A stretch of 64,000 nucleotides of DNA, from contig MFPS01000009.1 of assembly GCA_001782825.1 (NCBI GenBank), positions 122,102 to 186,101 on the forward strand. The letters are read 5' to 3'. The translations under genes were made by a program, and so were the position numbers. The notes under the pieces are model-generated. The model did no database searches. It worked only from the letters and a program-made list of their open reading frames with translations, and was not told where the DNA came from. This DNA is from Candidatus Magasanikbacteria bacterium RIFCSPHIGHO2_01_FULL_33_34. GTDB lineage: Bacteria; Patescibacteriota; Patescibacteriia; Magasanikbacterales; UBA922. Below are positions 47,692 through 58,026 of this stretch, piece after piece; within the stretch, counting starts at the first letter, position 1; each line of letters opens with the position of its first letter.

Positions 47692-47931
47692 TTATTTTGG
47701 AACAAAGGCTAGCAATCCGGCGATTCTTGCCTGTTTGATAGCTTTTGTAACTTTGCGTTGATGAAACGCACATAGTCCACTGCGTCTTCTTGGAGCAATT
47801 TTCATATATGATGAAACAAATCTGCGTAGAGTTTGAATATCTTTATAATCAATTGCTTTTTTATTGTTAACACAGTAATGACATTGTCTTTCAGTTTTTT
47901 TCATGATATGTCTATTAAGTAATAATTTCAC
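47692..47931 (-). CDS. rpsR: 30S ribosomal protein S18
   Basis: 79 aa. RRRSGLCAFHQRKVTKAIKQARIAGLL. Confidence 0.9.
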   Translation of the reverse strand: MKLLLNRHIMKKTERQCHYCVNNKKAIDYKDIQTLRRFVSSYMKIAPRRRSGLCAFHQRKVTKAIKQARIAGLLAFVPK

Positions 47932-47940
47932 TTGTTTCTA

Positions 47941-48378
47941 TTAAAATGGAATATCTTCTACTTTTACTTCGTCAATTGGTTCTTCTTGATAAGCAGGTCC
48001 AGAATCTTGGGTAGAGACAGTATTATCAGATGCAGGTGAACCACCAGTTCTACCACCATCTAACATTATCATATTGTCTACTACAATTTCTGTTTTATAT
48101 TTTTTGACACCATCAGTTCCAGTCCAATCACTAGTTTGCAATCGTCCTTCTACATAGACTCTCTTACCTTTTGACAAATATTGTCCTGCAATTTCGGCAA
48201 TCTTTCCCCAAAGGACACAATTGTGATATTCTGGCTTCTCTTGTTTTTGGCCAGCAGAATCAGTCCAAACTCTATTGGTTGCAATACCTAATTTTGTTAC
48301 AGTACGTCCACTAGGGGTGCTTTTTACTTCAGGGTCACGAGTCAAACGACCCAAAATTGTTGCTCTATTTAAATCCAT
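47941..48378 (-). CDS. ssb: Single-stranded DNA-binding protein
   Basis: 145 aa. OB-fold N-terminus LNRATILGRLTRDPE and C-terminal acidic tip DIPF. Confidence 0.9.
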   Translation of the reverse strand: MDLNRATILGRLTRDPEVKSTPSGRTVTKLGIATNRVWTDSAGQKQEKPEYHNCVLWGKIAEIAGQYLSKGKRVYVEGRLQTSDWTGTDGVKKYKTEIVVDNMIMLDGGRTGGSPASDNTVSTQDSGPAYQEEPIDEVKVEDIPF

Positions 48379-48428
48379 ATTAATATTTTATGATTTAAGA
48401 TTGAGTTAAGCCAAATATTTATGACTTA

Positions 48429-48980
48429 TTATACGTCTCCAAGATTATTTCCCAAAAGTTCATCAAGTTTCTTGTCAATATCTTCCATTTTTATATTTTC
48501 AACTTTTGTTTCGGTATTTTCCTTTGATTTGGCCTCTGTTTTTACAGACTTTTTTACATCAATTTGATGACTAGCCTCTATGTCTTCTCTTGGTTTTACA
48601 ACTTCTTCATTAGTAGTAGTTTTTGTAGACTCTGTAGTGTCTCTTACAGTAACATCACTAATAGCGCTGATCTTGTCTGGAATAGACTCACTTGATCCAG
48701 CCAATTTCAGCACAACACGCAACATTTCACTCATCAAACCAAGATTTTCTCTAATAGTTTTAATATCTGTTGTTTCTGCATCAAAAGTACAAAGCTGAAA
48801 ATATCCATATCTAATATGTTTGATTGGATAAGCAATTCTACTTTTTCCCAAATCTTTCACTTTGATATCTGTTCCACCACCTTTTTGAACAGCTTCCTTC
48901 ACCTTATCTACCACCGGAACCACTTCATTTTCTGCCAAAGTTCCCGGCAAAATAAATAATAATTCGTATTGTTTTATCAT
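48429..48980 (-). CDS. rpsF: 30S ribosomal protein S6 (with extended C-terminal tail)
   Basis: MIKQYELLFILPGTLAENEV. Order rpsF-ssb-rpsR is a conserved operon. Confidence 0.9.
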   Translation of the reverse strand: MIKQYELLFILPGTLAENEVVPVVDKVKEAVQKGGGTDIKVKDLGKSRIAYPIKHIRYGYFQLCTFDAETTDIKTIRENLGLMSEMLRVVLKLAGSSESIPDKISAISDVTVRDTTESTKTTTNEEVVKPREDIEASHQIDVKKSVKTEAKSKENTETKVENIKMEDIDKKLDELLGNNLGDV

Positions 48981-49195
48981 AATTTAATGTATATTCTTAT
49001 TAATCCGCTTTCTTGTCTATCCTTGGGATCGACCGACAAACAATAATCACAAATAATATAGTGGAAATAATATACCATTATGATATAGAAATGTCAATAG
49101 TTAACCATAATTTAATCTAAATAATAAACTAAAATACAAAATAGCAAAATTAGTAAAAATATGATATAATTTATTTGAATAAATATTGCTATTTT

Positions 49196-50923
49196 ATGCT
49201 TTCTCAAAAAATAATCACAAAAATACTCAAAGAAAAATACGGAATAAATGCAAAAGAACTTAATACCCATATTGCTACTGCCGAGAAACAAAAAAAAACT
49301 CTTGAACAATATGTACTTGATGAAAACATTGCTGACGAAGTAGAACTTTACTCAGAAGCAGCTATCAAACTCAAAATTCCTTTTGTTGCTCTAAAAGGAA
49401 GAGAAATAAAAAAAGAAATCTTAAATATTATTCCAGCACCTTTGGCCCAAACACACCAAATGGTTGTTTTTGCTACCACAAAAGAAGAAATGCAACTAGC
49501 AATGTTAGATCCAACTGATATTCAAACTATAGAATTTATCCAAAGAAAAACAAACTTGACCCCAAAAGTATATATAACCACACCCAGTGATATCAAAGAT
49601 GCGCTACGTCGATACCATGCTGATCTTGGAGATGACATGTCTATTGAACAACTCAAAGAAGGTCCATCAGTTGGTGCAAGTGATCTTAAAAAAGCCGCTG
49701 AAGAACTTCCTGTCGTAAATATTGTCAACAATATTTTAGAACATGCTGTTTTTGAAAACGCATCTGATATACATATTGAACCACAAGAAAAAGAAGTGAC
49801 TATACGCTATCGCATTGATGGTATCTTAAAAAATGTAATGACTCTACCAAAAACAATTCAAGGTGGTATTATTGCCCGTATAAAAATTCTTTCCAAACTT
49901 AAAATCGACGAACACATGTTACCTCAAGACGGAAGATTTAAAATAAAAATACAAGAAGACAAATTATCATTTCGTGTTTCTATTATACCAGTTTATGATG
50001 GTGAAAAAATCGTAATGCGTCTTTTGCACGAAGGACAAAAACCATTAAATCTAGACCAACTTGGATTTCTACCCGTACCAAAAAAGAAAGTAGAACGCGC
50101 CATAAAAAGTCCTCACGGAATGATACTAGTAACTGGCCCGACCGGTAGTGGTAAAACCACAACCCTATATTCTGTGCTTGGGTTACTTAACCGACCTGGT
50201 GTAAATATTTGTACTATAGAAGATCCAATTGAATATCATGTCCAAGGAATCAACCAAAGCCAAATAAATGTACGAGCTGGTTTTACTTTTGCCAGTGGTC
50301 TTCGTTCTTTTTTGCGTCAAGATCCTGATATTATTATGGTTGGAGAAATTCGTGACAAAGAAACTGCTGAAATTGCTATCCACTCAGCCATGACTGGACA
50401 TCTAGTACTCTCCACACTCCACACAAATGACGCACCTACAACTGTACCCCGTCTAATTGATATGGATATTCCACCTTTTTTAATAGCTTTTACAGCCAAC
50501 ATCATAATCGCTCAACGTTTAGTAAGAAAAATGTGTGAATTTTGCAAAAAAGAATTAGTCTTAGAAAAAGATGCGATTACTGAATTACAAAAAATATCCG
50601 ATACCAAAAAACTATTAGAACTTTTCAAAGAACATAATATTGAATTAAAAAAACAAGAAATAAACTTCGACTCATTTACATTTTATAGAGGTGAAGGTTG
50701 TCGACGATGCAACAATAGTGGATACAAAGGACGAATAGGTATTTATGAAGTACTTGAAATTGATAGTACCCTTACAAACAAAATCAATGAAGGAGCCAAT
50801 GCTGACGACATCAAAAAATATGCCATTGAAAAAGGTATGATTACTATGCTACAAGATGGACTTATCAAAGCCAAGCAAGGAGTCACAACTATAGAAGAAG
50901 TACTTAGAGCAACTAGAGAATAA
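49196..50923 (+). CDS. pilB: Type IV pilus assembly ATPase PilB (GspE family)
   Basis: N-terminal T2SSE_N domain, Walker A GPTGSGKTT, Asp box, His box, and a C-terminal tetra-Cys motif (CEFC...CRRC). The ORF-track TTG start at 49175 sits on a putative -10 (TATAAT at 49165-49170); ATG at 49196 is more likely. Confidence 0.9.
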   Translation: MLSQKIITKILKEKYGINAKELNTHIATAEKQKKTLEQYVLDENIADEVELYSEAAIKLKIPFVALKGREIKKEILNIIPAPLAQTHQMVVFATTKEEMQLAMLDPTDIQTIEFIQRKTNLTPKVYITTPSDIKDALRRYHADLGDDMSIEQLKEGPSVGASDLKKAAEELPVVNIVNNILEHAVFENASDIHIEPQEKEVTIRYRIDGILKNVMTLPKTIQGGIIARIKILSKLKIDEHMLPQDGRFKIKIQEDKLSFRVSIIPVYDGEKIVMRLLHEGQKPLNLDQLGFLPVPKKKVERAIKSPHGMILVTGPTGSGKTTTLYSVLGLLNRPGVNICTIEDPIEYHVQGINQSQINVRAGFTFASGLRSFLRQDPDIIMVGEIRDKETAEIAIHSAMTGHLVLSTLHTNDAPTTVPRLIDMDIPPFLIAFTANIIIAQRLVRKMCEFCKKELVLEKDAITELQKISDTKKLLELFKEHNIELKKQEINFDSFTFYRGEGCRRCNNSGYKGRIGIYEVLEIDSTLTNKINEGANADDIKKYAIEKGMITMLQDGLIKAKQGVTTIEEVLRATRE

Positions 50924-50927
50924 TTTT

Positions 50928-52046
50928 ATGCCAAATAAACACAAAAAAAAAGAATTAAGCAAATTTGAAGAAAAATTAAATAATTTTGCTGCCAAATTTT
51001 CTAGAATTTCATTTGTTGAAAAGATTTTCTTTGTAGATCATTTGCGAACAATGATACATGCTAGTCTTTCTCTGATTGAAGCATTAGATATTTTGGGTAA
51101 AGAAATGGAAAGTAGAAAATTTAAAGGCATAATTTTGAAAGTAAAAAGTGAAGTAGAAAAAGGTAGGCAATTAAGTGAGGTGTTAGCAGAATATCCAAAA
51201 GTTTTTCCTCCAATTTATGTCAAAATGATTTCCTCCGGTGAATTATCTGGTAAATTAGACGAATCCCTTGAACAAATTGTGGTGCAAATGAAAAAAACCC
51301 AACAATTAATCTCCAGTATTCGTGGGGCTATGATTTACCCAAGTGTAATTATTATTGCAATAGTTGGCGTTGCAATCTTTATGATGATTGCAGTATTACC
51401 AAAAATGTTATCACTATTTTCAGAATTTGATGCCGAATTACCACTAGCTACAAAAATCTTAATCAAAGTCACTCATTTTTTCAATCAACCACTTAACCTA
51501 GTTTTACTATTTGGTGGAATTTTTGTTTTTGTAATATTTTTTATTTATTCTCTACGAAAATTTCCTAGATTTAAAAAGATTATTCATACCATGAATTTAA
51601 ATTTGCCTATCATTGGCCATGTTATCAAACAAATTAATCTAGCCAGATTTTCCTTAACGCTTTCATCTCTTTTAAAAAGTACCATCCCTATAATTGATGC
51701 TATGGATATTACAGCTGATACTTGCACAAACTTACAATACCAAATATCCCTGCACAAGACTGCATTAGAAATAAAAACTGGACGCCCCCTATCTGAACTT
51801 TTGGCAGAATATGATAAACTATATCCACCGATGGTAACAGAAATGATCATGGTTGGCGAAAGGTCTGGTCAAGTTGATCAACTTTTAAACGAATTATCAG
51901 AATTTTATGGATCAGAAGTTGATAATACCATGAAAAATTTTGCCCAAATAATAGAGCCAATTATTATTATAGTATTAGGGTTTGCTGTAGCTGGTATCGC
52001 GGTTGCGATTATTATGCCAATGTACTCCCTAGTAGAAGCCGTATAA
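50928..52046 (+). CDS. pilC: Type IV pilus assembly platform protein PilC (GspF family)
   Basis: 372 aa. Two T2SSF repeats and three TM segments. Confidence 0.85.
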   Translation: MPNKHKKKELSKFEEKLNNFAAKFSRISFVEKIFFVDHLRTMIHASLSLIEALDILGKEMESRKFKGIILKVKSEVEKGRQLSEVLAEYPKVFPPIYVKMISSGELSGKLDESLEQIVVQMKKTQQLISSIRGAMIYPSVIIIAIVGVAIFMMIAVLPKMLSLFSEFDAELPLATKILIKVTHFFNQPLNLVLLFGGIFVFVIFFIYSLRKFPRFKKIIHTMNLNLPIIGHVIKQINLARFSLTLSSLLKSTIPIIDAMDITADTCTNLQYQISLHKTALEIKTGRPLSELLAEYDKLYPPMVTEMIMVGERSGQVDQLLNELSEFYGSEVDNTMKNFAQIIEPIIIIVLGFAVAGIAVAIIMPMYSLVEAV

Positions 52047-52055
52047 AATTATAAA

Positions 52056-53159
52056 ATGTTTTTCAATCCTTTCCCACACGCAATTGGTCTTGACATAAGC
52101 GATCTATCAATCAAGATGGTCCAGCTTAATAATATCTCCAAACTAAAAAAAGGAAAGACTTTTGAGCTAATCAATGCAAAAAGTACACAACTTCCCCACG
52201 GACTAATAGTTAATGGCGAACTAGAAAAACCAGAAGCTGTTAGAAAATATCTACTTCACTTATTTGAAAAAAATGATAAAAAAGAAAAATTTTATAAAAC
52301 CCCATGGGTAGTGGCTTCTATTCCTGACAAACACGGCTTTATTAAACTCATTCAATTAGCCAAAGAACCAAATGACATAATTGAAGAAGATATTATTATT
52401 GCCTCTCAGAAACATGTTCCCTTCCAAGAAAACGATTATTACCTAGATTGGCAAATAGTTCCAAGCCACCATCATGATGGCATCCAATATACAAATATAT
52501 TATTAGCAAGTATACCCAAAAATATTGCCAACATGTACACATATCTGTTAGAAAGTGTAGGGCTAGCAGTCATTGCCTTAGAATTAGGCGCGCTCTCCAC
52601 TGCAAGATCTATGATAACTGCCAACAAAGATTATGTAGATGAAGGACGGGCTATATTATATATTGGGGCAACAGAATCTACTCTTACTGTCTATGATCAT
52701 GATCATGTTCAATTTAGCAAATCATTAAATTATTCTGGAGAAATACTTACAACTGCCATTGCTCAAAATCTACACATTTCCTATGATGAAGCAGAAATGA
52801 AAAAAAAGGCTTATGGACTGGCCTATTCAAAAAATAAAAGCTGGCCAATACTTGCTGAACAAACAGACAAATTCATAAAAGAAATTGAAGGGGTACTAGA
52901 ATTTTATGCCACTCACTTTCCTGTAACTAACAAAATAAATCATATTACAATGTGTGGTGGAGGATCTGCAATGAAAGGACTAGACAAAGTACTTACAGAA
53001 AAATTAAAAATAGAATCAAGCCCAGGAAAAGTTTGGAAAAATCTACATTCACCAAAACCAATCGATATAGATGCAAATAAATCTCTCCGTTTTGCTAAAG
53101 CCATAGGTCTTTCACTCCGAGCAGCCAGTAATCCTTTTTTTGACAATAACTATATCTAA
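52056..53159 (+). CDS. pilM: Type IV pilus assembly protein PilM (actin-like ATPase fold)
   Basis: 367 aa. N-terminus IGLDISDLSIKMVQL and a C-terminal GGGS motif (TMCGGGSAMKGL). Confidence 0.8.
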   Translation: MFFNPFPHAIGLDISDLSIKMVQLNNISKLKKGKTFELINAKSTQLPHGLIVNGELEKPEAVRKYLLHLFEKNDKKEKFYKTPWVVASIPDKHGFIKLIQLAKEPNDIIEEDIIIASQKHVPFQENDYYLDWQIVPSHHHDGIQYTNILLASIPKNIANMYTYLLESVGLAVIALELGALSTARSMITANKDYVDEGRAILYIGATESTLTVYDHDHVQFSKSLNYSGEILTTAIAQNLHISYDEAEMKKKAYGLAYSKNKSWPILAEQTDKFIKEIEGVLEFYATHFPVTNKINHITMCGGGSAMKGLDKVLTEKLKIESSPGKVWKNLHSPKPIDIDANKSLRFAKAIGLSLRAASNPFFDNNYI

Positions 53160-53172
53160 ATAATTTTATACC

Positions 53173-53700
53173 ATGTATCCACTACGAATAAATTTACTTT
53201 CTACTGAAAAAAGAAAATATCTCAACAAGATGATATATGTTCAGTTCGTAAAAAATACATTTATTAGTATTGTATTTGTATTTTGTTTATCTGGTATAAC
53301 CTTACTCGGTTGTCAATCAGTATTACAAGAATATTTTAGTGATGTCAGCAACAGCTTAACACTATCTGATAGTATGCATGCAGAAAAAAATAAAAACATT
53401 CAAGCAGTAAATGAAACCTTAAAAAAAGTAGAAGCTATGCAAGAAGTTCATAATCTTTGGTCACAAAAAATTATAAAGCTTGGTAATGCCATACCTACTG
53501 ACATAATTATCAACAATATACTAATAGTCAATCAAAATAAAGAAATAAATATATCTGGCACAGCGCTTAGCCGTACTGCTCTATTAGAACTTAAAGATAA
53601 TTTTAATAATTTAGATTTTATTAATAATATAAATATACCCTTATCTCAACTTACCGAAAAAGAAAATATAGATTTCTCAATAAGTATAGAAATGAAATAG
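53173..53700 (+). CDS. PilN-like bitopic membrane protein
   Basis: 175 aa. Single N-terminal TM helix. Position immediately after pilM. Confidence 0.5.
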   Translation: MYPLRINLLSTEKRKYLNKMIYVQFVKNTFISIVFVFCLSGITLLGCQSVLQEYFSDVSNSLTLSDSMHAEKNKNIQAVNETLKKVEAMQEVHNLWSQKIIKLGNAIPTDIIINNILIVNQNKEINISGTALSRTALLELKDNFNNLDFINNINIPLSQLTEKENIDFSISIEMK

Positions 53701-53701
53701 T

Positions 53702-54280
53702 ATGAAAAAAATAAACTTAAAAAATCAAATGATTACAGTAACTGTTGTTATTATTATTTTAAGTTTTGTAATTATTTTTCTAGTGATCATACCTGTAATA
53801 AAAAATATTATAGAATTACGAACAGATATTACCGGTACTCAACAATTTCTTGAAAATCAATATGAAAAAACTCAGAGAATGCGTCGTTCCGTCCACAATC
53901 TAGATGATATTCTAATACAAATAGAAAAATTTAAAAACATATCAGTAACAAGTAACTCTGAACTACAAATAATCACCCAACTTGAACAACTAGCCAACAA
54001 GCACAATGTAAATCAAGTTCTTAAAGCCACACTAAAAGAAGGAGAAAATAAAAATCCTATTATAGAAGAACTCCCTTCTCTACTAAAAGGAAAAGATTAC
54101 TATATTTTTTCATTTAATACTGAAGGAAATTATATAGATCTAATGAAATATTTAAAAGAAATTGAAGAACTTCCTTATTACTTTAGCATAAACTCTTTGC
54201 AATTATCTCAAAAAAACCAACTTAGCCCGACAATACTAAAATTTGATGCTATATTATTCATCCTCGATCATGAAAAATAA
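53702..54280 (+). CDS. PilO-like bitopic membrane protein
   Basis: 192 aa. N-terminal TM helix plus coiled coil. Position after the PilN-like gene. Confidence 0.5.
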   Translation: MKKINLKNQMITVTVVIIILSFVIIFLVIIPVIKNIIELRTDITGTQQFLENQYEKTQRMRRSVHNLDDILIQIEKFKNISVTSNSELQIITQLEQLANKHNVNQVLKATLKEGENKNPIIEELPSLLKGKDYYIFSFNTEGNYIDLMKYLKEIEELPYYFSINSLQLSQKNQLSPTILKFDAILFILDHEK

Positions 54281-54680
54281 TATGAATTTCCGTAATATAT
54301 TGAGTAAAATTAAATTAAAAAAATCTACAGAAAACCCCACTAATAAAAATAGTGACTCAAAATCTGTTATAAAAGACAAACGAAATAGACCAATATTTAT
54401 TTTAAGATTATTGAGTTATTTTGTTATATTTTTGTTACTCTTAGCAATAATGCTCACTGTTATTTTTGTACATTCAAGTATTACAAATTCCATCGGTCAA
54501 ATTGAATCTATTGCTTCATATCAAAATAAAATTCATATAGAATTAATTGATTTTAATGCCCTAGAAAAAACAGAGGAATATTGGCAAGAAAAAGTTAAAT
54601 CTGAATTAACCCCAATAGAAAGAAATCCTTTCTTGGAAACTATAATAGAAGTAACTACTACCACTGAATTATTAGAATAA
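54243..54680 (+). CDS. Hypothetical bitopic membrane protein (pilus-operon accessory; start may be 54270)
   Basis: 145 aa. One TM helix (IFILRLLSYFVIFLLLLAIMLTVIFV). Confidence 0.45.
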   Translation: MMLYYSSSIMKNNMNFRNILSKIKLKKSTENPTNKNSDSKSVIKDKRNRPIFILRLLSYFVIFLLLLAIMLTVIFVHSSITNSIGQIESIASYQNKIHIELIDFNALEKTEEYWQEKVKSELTPIERNPFLETIIEVTTTTELLE

Positions 54681-54698
54681 TATTGATTATTAAACAAG

Positions 54699-55829
54699 AT
54701 GAATAAATATTTATTTTTTTTAGGCATTCACCCAGAACTATCTACCGCTGAGATAAGAGCGGTTTTTTCTGCTGACAGTATTAAATATAATATAGACAAA
54801 CTCACAAAAAAATATCTTTTTATTTCAACCACAAATAAATTAAATGAAGTAAGTTTAATAAGTAGATTAGGTGGTACAATAAAAATAGCAAAATTAATAG
54901 ATGAAAAAAATAATACTTTAAGCCTAGTGGATTTCCTAATGAATGCCCAACCAGAAGGCAAAATACAATTTTCTATCACAGGAGCTGGAAACAAAGAACC
55001 GCTTGCTGTAAAACAAGCGCTAAAAAACAAAGGTAGAAGTGTCAGATACGTTGAAATAAAAAATACTGCCAGCATTCTTCATAATAATTTAATTAAAAAA
55101 CGTGGTGATATAACAATCATAGATAATAAAGCTTATATTACTGTGGCCATACAGCCTATTTATGAAATGAGCAAACGTGATTTTGATAGACCCGGAGTCG
55201 ACAGTTTCAGTGGTATGCTACCACCAAAACTTGCGCGTATGATGATTAACCTTAGTGACGCACCCTTTGGCTCTACCATACTTGATGCTTTTTGCGGATC
55301 AGGAACAGTTCTTACAGAAGCGCTTGCCATAGGGTATCATAATATTTATGGTAGTGACATATCAAAAAAAGCAATTGAAGATAGTGAAGCAAATATAGAA
55401 TGGTATATAAATGAAAAAAATTTAACCAAAATAAAATATAAATTATTTTTATCAGATTCCGCTAATTTAGCGGATATAATAGAAAAAAATTCTATTCAAT
55501 CAATTATTTCTGAACCTTTTATGGGCAAGCCATTGCATGGCAATGAACATGAAAAAAATTTACAAAAACAAGCAAAAGAACTTGCTCAATTATATATAAA
55601 TTCATTTACTGCATTTCACAAAATTTTACGTTATGATGGTACTATAATTTTTATTATTCCATCATTTAAATCAGGAAATAAATGGATAAAAATTGATTGT
55701 ATTGATGAGATAAAAAAAATAGGTTTTAATATTGAACCTCTTTCAGAAAATTCTCCCTATCTTAGATATATGAGAGAAGACCAACATCTAGCTCGTGATA
55801 TATGGAAATTTACAAAAAACAATCAATAA
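54699..55829 (+). CDS. SAM-dependent RNA methyltransferase, UPF0020/THUMP-type (putative tRNA or rRNA m2G methyltransferase)
   Basis: Motif I LDAFCGSGTVLTEA (compare LDPMCGSGT of RlmL/Trm14) and a motif IV-like ISEPFMGKP. An N-terminal roughly 150 aa is consistent with a THUMP-like domain. Confidence 0.5.
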   Translation: MNKYLFFLGIHPELSTAEIRAVFSADSIKYNIDKLTKKYLFISTTNKLNEVSLISRLGGTIKIAKLIDEKNNTLSLVDFLMNAQPEGKIQFSITGAGNKEPLAVKQALKNKGRSVRYVEIKNTASILHNNLIKKRGDITIIDNKAYITVAIQPIYEMSKRDFDRPGVDSFSGMLPPKLARMMINLSDAPFGSTILDAFCGSGTVLTEALAIGYHNIYGSDISKKAIEDSEANIEWYINEKNLTKIKYKLFLSDSANLADIIEKNSIQSIISEPFMGKPLHGNEHEKNLQKQAKELAQLYINSFTAFHKILRYDGTIIFIIPSFKSGNKWIKIDCIDEIKKIGFNIEPLSENSPYLRYMREDQHLARDIWKFTKNNQ

Positions 55830-56048
55830 ACTAAAATACTTCTCAAAAGAGAAGTATTTTTAAATATAAATTTAAATAAAAAAAGATTTGGTTTGTGGCC
55901 AAATCTCGAGAAACAATGTTTCTCGAGATTCGCTTCTATTTCCTATTTACTAAGACTTAGAAGTGAATCTCGATCAACAATTTATAGTTTCTTAAATAGA
56001 GTATAACCTATATATTATATTCTGTCAAATATCACATGTGGATAACTT

Positions 56049-56765
56049 TCAAGCAAAGTATTTTTCAACTAATTGTCCTACTACATAACCCACAGACGCT
56101 GCAACCGATGCTAAAGCAAACATCTCAAACCCAGCTTTAAACCAATTTCTTTTGGAAAATTTTGTAGTATAAACACCCAATATAAAAAGAGAAATAAGAG
56201 TAAGTATAATAGAAGCATATATTGCATAAGGCAATCCAAATACAAAATAAGTTGAAACCGGTATAATTCCACCAAATAAATATGACAACAGCATAACAAA
56301 GCCATTTTTCAAAGGATTTTTCATTTTTTCGGGTATAATACCTAATTCTCTATAGGCCATTTCTTGTAAAAATAACTTCTCGTCCTTAGAGGCCACCTCA
56401 GCCATTTTTTCTGCCAATTCTTTTGGCCAACCATCAACCACATACATCCCTACCAGTTCTTTTTTCTCTTCCATAGGGAAATCATTCAACTCTTCCTTTT
56501 CTTCAGACAATTTTCTCTCATCAATACTTTTGACAGATTTACTAGACAAATAAGACCCAACTGCCATAGAAATTGACTCAACTGATATAATAACAAAACC
56601 AGAAAGTATTACTGTAAAATGACTACTGGTTGCCGCCGCAATACCAGTAATAGTCCCCAAAGTAGACACCATACCATCTTCCATACCAAAAACAAACTCA
56701 CTAAATGAATTATCTAATTTGGGATTTTTGTGATGGATATAATCTGGATTAAATTTTACAGTCAT
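56049..56765 (-). CDS. VIT1/CCC1-family Fe/Mn transporter
   Basis: FSEFVFGMEDGMVSTLGTITGIAAAT plus 5 TM helices. VIT family signature. Confidence 0.75.
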   Translation of the reverse strand: MTVKFNPDYIHHKNPKLDNSFSEFVFGMEDGMVSTLGTITGIAAATSSHFTVILSGFVIISVESISMAVGSYLSSKSVKSIDERKLSEEKEELNDFPMEEKKELVGMYVVDGWPKELAEKMAEVASKDEKLFLQEMAYRELGIIPEKMKNPLKNGFVMLLSYLFGGIIPVSTYFVFGLPYAIYASIILTLISLFILGVYTTKFSKRNWFKAGFEMFALASVAASVGYVVGQLVEKYFA

Positions 56766-56829
56766 ATTTTATATTATAAATAATCTATATATAGTATATA
56801 TTAGTTATTACCAAAAAACAAAAAGAGAC

Positions 56830-58026
56830 CTACAAATATTTAGCAAATAAATCTAACCAATCTTCAATAAGCCGTGTAATCAAAAAATTTTCTTCTATAT
56901 ACTTTTTTCCTCTTTTTCCCAATTTAACTGCATGTTTTTTATCTTTTAAAATCTTTACTATACTATCTGCAAAACTTTTATAATCCAATGGATCATGCAA
57001 ATATCCAGACTCATTATTTATTATTTGCAATGGCATACCGCCTATATTTGAAGCTACAACTGGTGTAGATTTATAGGCTGCTTCAGATATTGTCAAAGCA
57101 AAACCTTCTCGTATAGATTTTTGAATAACCACACTAGCTTTGCTCTGTAGAGCATTTACAGTCAAATCATTATTTTTTACATTAACTAATATTTTTATAT
57201 CTTTTTTATTGGAAAATTTTTTGATATAAGAATAGACTTTTACACCTTCTGGGTCATCAGTGGCAGTATTACCTAGTAGCACCAATTGACAATCGCTTTT
57301 TTTCTTAACCATATCAAATATTTTTATCACACCTTCTGGATCTTTCCATTTGTCAAACCTAGAAATTTGAGTAATAATTGGCTTACTTAAGCTTATTGAC
57401 TGCTCAGATAAAATTTTATTTATTTGACTACTTGTTAATTTTCTATTTTTATCACTCAATGGATCTATAGCTGGATGTATAATATCTTGAGAATTAGACA
57501 AATCTTTTCTATAAGCTTCATCTGAAACTACCACTTGATCGTATTTATCAATATATTCAGATAAAAAATTCCATACTTTTTTATCTGAATTGGTTAAATC
57601 AATATGACATCTCCAAATCCACGGCTGTCTCTTTTTATAAAAGTTTATCAAAGCTAAAGGCTGTGGATCGTGTACAATAACCAAATCATGATTTAAATGT
57701 GTAAAAATAGAATATCTTTCATTAGTATTCAGATATATTTCTTTTTCATGTCTAGACAAATTTACTGGCGCACCTTGCAATGCATTGTGTAAAGACTTAG
57801 TTATAGCAAAAAAATCTGGAGATCCATGGATAATCCTCCAACCAAAATTAATCCCCAAATCATTAAATAAAATCACAAGGCTATTTAACATTTCTGCTAC
57901 ACCACCACCTTGATTAGTTGAACTAATACAAACAATTCTTTTATCCTTAAATTTCTTAGCTTTCTTTTTAAGATTGTTTATGACATCTTTCCCCACGATG
58001 TCTATATAATCATTAATTTTTATCAT
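56830..58026 (-). CDS. GT4-family glycosyltransferase (trehalose synthase TreT-like candidate)
   Basis: 398 aa GT-B fold with C-terminal E..E region (ISEAAYKSTPVVASNIGG). Overlaps by 14 nt with a ROK glucokinase gene, suggesting sugar-nucleotide plus glucose chemistry. Confidence 0.55.
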   Translation of the reverse strand: MIKINDYIDIVGKDVINNLKKKAKKFKDKRIVCISSTNQGGGVAEMLNSLVILFNDLGINFGWRIIHGSPDFFAITKSLHNALQGAPVNLSRHEKEIYLNTNERYSIFTHLNHDLVIVHDPQPLALINFYKKRQPWIWRCHIDLTNSDKKVWNFLSEYIDKYDQVVVSDEAYRKDLSNSQDIIHPAIDPLSDKNRKLTSSQINKILSEQSISLSKPIITQISRFDKWKDPEGVIKIFDMVKKKSDCQLVLLGNTATDDPEGVKVYSYIKKFSNKKDIKILVNVKNNDLTVNALQSKASVVIQKSIREGFALTISEAAYKSTPVVASNIGGMPLQIINNESGYLHDPLDYKSFADSIVKILKDKKHAVKLGKRGKKYIEENFLITRLIEDWLDLFAKYL

